64,000 bases of DNA. It comes from Planctomycetaceae bacterium. GTDB taxonomy: Bacteria > Planctomycetota > Planctomycetia > Planctomycetales > Planctomycetaceae. Below are positions 61,903 through 64,000 of the stretch, piece after piece; position 1 is the first letter of the stretch, and every line of letters begins with the position of its first letter. The stretch spans positions 247,634 through 311,633 of the forward strand of contig JAKFWC010000024.1 of assembly GCA_021732975.1 (NCBI GenBank). Reading direction: 5' to 3'. The notes beneath the pieces are model-generated. The model saw only the letters and a list, made by a program, of their open reading frames with translations, was not told the origin of the DNA and searched no databases. The position numbers and the translations under genes are program-made.

Positions 61903-62559
61903 TCACGCTTCCGCATTCCATTCCGCAAAAAACTGCTGTAGATAATTTTCTAAAAAGCGATGCCGTTCTTCCGCCAGCCGCTTGCCCGTCGGCGTTTGCA
62001 TCCGGTCTTTGAGCAGCAGCAATTTTTCGTAGAAGTGATTGATCGTCGGCCCGCCCTTCGATTTGTACGCCGCGAACGTCGCATGCAGTTCGGGCGGGTG
62101 TTCGGGATCATAAATCGCCCGGCCGAAGTGACCGCCGAACGCAAACGCGCGGGCAATCCCCATCGCCCCGATGGCATCCAACCGGTCGGCGTCCTGCACG
62201 CAGCGGCCTTCCAACGTCGGCATGTCTGTGTTCACACCGGCCCCTTTGTAGGATAGTCCGGCAATGATCGCACAGACGTGTTCGGTCACCTCCGCGGCGA
62301 CGCCGTGTTGTTCTAACCAGGCCTTCGCCGTGCGCGGTCCTACGGTTTCGTCGCCGTCGTGAAACTTCCAATCGGCGATGTCGTGCAACAACGCTGCCAG
62401 TTCGGTAACGAAAATGTCGGCCCCTTCGGCGTGCGCTAAACGGCAAGCGTTCCGGCGGACACGATCGATGTGCCACCAGTCATGTCCGGAGCTATCTCCG
62501 GATAACGTCTGTCGCACATACGCCGCGGTAGCGGAGAGGAGTGATTCGGAATTCATCAT
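61903..62559 (-). CDS. HD-domain phosphohydrolase
   Basis: GHDWWHIDRV...LLHDIADWK provides the H...HD motif. The 218-aa size fits the family. Confidence 0.8.
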   Translation of the reverse strand: MMNSESLLSATAAYVRQTLSGDSSGHDWWHIDRVRRNACRLAHAEGADIFVTELAALLHDIADWKFHDGDETVGPRTAKAWLEQHGVAAEVTEHVCAIIAGLSYKGAGVNTDMPTLEGRCVQDADRLDAIGAMGIARAFAFGGHFGRAIYDPEHPPELHATFAAYKSKGGPTINHFYEKLLLLKDRMQTPTGKRLAEERHRFLENYLQQFFAEWNAEA

Positions 62560-62573
62560 GAGTCCAATCCATA

Positions 62574-62654
62574 CGAGCCCGAAGCGCGAGCGCCGGGTTT
62601 TTTCTGCTTAGACGTGGCGAACAGAAGAAACCCGGCGCTGGCGCTTCGGGCTCG
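62574..62654. repeat. Family B inverted-repeat element, copy 2
   Basis: The left arm at 62574-62598 is identical to 60531-60555. The right arm is ACCCGGCGCTGGCGCTTCGGGCTCG at 62630-62654. Confidence 0.85.
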
Positions 62655-62663
62655 TGTGCGGGG

Positions 62664-63999
62664 TTACTTCATCGGGAATAATTTGTCGATCATCGCTCGC
62701 AGTTCGGCTTCCGGATACAGCACCCAACTGAACTCGCGGCGCTGCAGAACACGATTGGCGGCCAATCGCGCCATCGCGATGTCGAGTTCACCGTGAAGTC
62801 GCCGTAAGACGGGTTCGGCGAGTTGACCGAGCTGACGGCGAATCTCGCGCAAGCGCTGATCGCGGCGGTGATTCTCGGCTCGACGTTGCCGAGTGGTGAG
62901 AGATGGATCCATTGAATTCGTGGTCGCCAGCCAACGTTGTTTCTCGGCGACGAGAGACAGTACGGCATCCGGCCACGCACCGTCCCAATGCCGTTCGGGG
63001 TTGTGCAGCGCATCGCTCAAGTCATGCCGTCGTGCTCCGACGGTTTTCATGGTTTCCGGAAAGGGTTCCCCCAACGGCAGATGAATCGTGGCCGACACGG
63101 TGGCGAATTCCGGTGGTAAACAGCCCCAGAAACGTCCGATGAGAGCATCGGTCATTTCGTCATACTTGGCCCCACCGAGACCGTGGATGAACACGTCGGC
63201 CAGCAACATCCGGGCGGCCCATGTGGTCGTCAAAGCACGCGTGCGCAGTCGCCAACCCTGTTGCGTCCACTGTTGTAGCACGGCCACTGCGTCGGTCGCC
63301 GATCGCGATTCATCGAGTGGCAGCGCTCCCACCGTGCGGCGGCTATCTCGCAGTTGCAGTTCCGCACCGACTTGCCGAACGAACAGCCGATCACGACGTG
63401 GATCACCCGCCTGCCAGATCCAGAACGGGGCTTCAAACCAGTCGTCCTGTTGTGCCAGATCGGGAACGGGATGCGCCCGGCTGCGAACACGATTGGCGAT
63501 TCGATATTCCCGCACGACGCTGTTGTAGATGCCCGCTAATCGTCGATGATGGGCCAGCAGATGTGCCATAAACCACAACGGCGCGGGTTGCGTCCACCAG
63601 CGCGACATCGGCAGTTCCAGCGTCCCGGCACCCCATCGGCGCTCCGTCGCCGCGCGGACTGCTGTGAAGGCATCGACCAGCCGGCCGGTGCATCGCGCCT
63701 GTTGCACCGCGGTGAGCCAGACATCCGCAATCAACGGACGATAACCCCACGACGCCAGTCCTTCAGTCACTCGACGGCCGACACTTTTGAAGATGTCGGC
63801 ATCGGCAATCGCGGCTTCTTCCCACGGCGAGCGTAGATGCGGGCCATCGAAATCGATGCTGGTTAATGCCGGTGTATCACGCGTCCCAACGGGGATCTTG
63901 ATCGAGGTCGAATTGAGCGTGTCTTGATCAACGATGAGTTGTAAGGGTACCCCGCTGGTGTGTTGTGCGAGACGTGCCACCGCGAAGTTCTTCGCCCAG
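62664..63999 (-). CDS. Hypothetical protein, possibly 5'-truncated by the window edge
   Basis: It is a long ORF. The frame upstream of the GTG at 63980 stays open to the window end. I recognise no family. Confidence 0.5.
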   Translation of the reverse strand, partial: WAKNFAVARLAQHTSGVPLQLIVDQDTLNSTSIKIPVGTRDTPALTSIDFDGPHLRSPWEEAAIADADIFKSVGRRVTEGLASWGYRPLIADVWLTAVQQARCTGRLVDAFTAVRAATERRWGAGTLELPMSRWWTQPAPLWFMAHLLAHHRRLAGIYNSVVREYRIANRVRSRAHPVPDLAQQDDWFEAPFWIWQAGDPRRDRLFVRQVGAELQLRDSRRTVGALPLDESRSATDAVAVLQQWTQQGWRLRTRALTTTWAARMLLADVFIHGLGGAKYDEMTDALIGRFWGCLPPEFATVSATIHLPLGEPFPETMKTVGARRHDLSDALHNPERHWDGAWPDAVLSLVAEKQRWLATTNSMDPSLTTRQRRAENHRRDQRLREIRRQLGQLAEPVLRRLHGELDIAMARLAANRVLQRREFSWVLYPEAELRAMIDKLFPMK

Positions 64000-64000
64000 A

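Noticed and set aside
1-63999. A search for mobile genetic element genes, toxin-antitoxin pairs, restriction-modification or known defence-system genes, tRNA and rRNA genes.
   Set aside because: None was recognised by eye. The two methyltransferases are small-molecule or protein-type class I enzymes without DNA-methylase motifs or partner nucleases. A tRNAscan/Infernal run would be needed to rule out RNA genes formally.

Overview
High-GC bacterial chromosomal segment, almost certainly Planctomycetota. Supporting markers are a DUF1559 protein with a prepilin N-terminus and H-X9-DG motif, a DUF1570 protein, a cadherin-like giant with an N-terminal LEARTLLSG motif, and many short palindromic intergenic repeats. 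I can support about 50 protein genes and one RNase P RNA (rnpB). I recognised no tRNA, rRNA, CRISPR array, transposase, integrase or prophage genes, so most of the window is ordinary core genome. Core content includes cell wall (PBP2), tRNA and RNA metabolism (mnmA, mnmE, rnpB, thpR, rsgA), yidC, ribD, metF, rdgB, crcB, a ZIP transporter and a complete Liv-type ABC importer. I found no convincing self-contained novel multi-gene system. The best leads follow. (1) A 2314-aa PfaA-like synthase (KS-AT-4xACP-KR-DH) has none of its usual PfaB/C/D/E partners anywhere in the 64 kb. (2) A KaiC-like ATPase is translationally coupled to a YfcE-type phosphoesterase, next to a PolB-exo-like nuclease. (3) A GntR / ABC-ATPase / 771-aa membrane protein module has a candidate operator. 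(4) There are at least six families of palindromic intergenic elements. One is a ~135-nt four-hairpin composite present twice. One brackets a 2-kb gene pair. One ends exactly 8 nt before the start codons of two unrelated genes. Many long ORFs in the supplied track are antisense shadow ORFs of real genes, and several N-termini in the track run through repeat elements and are probably too long.
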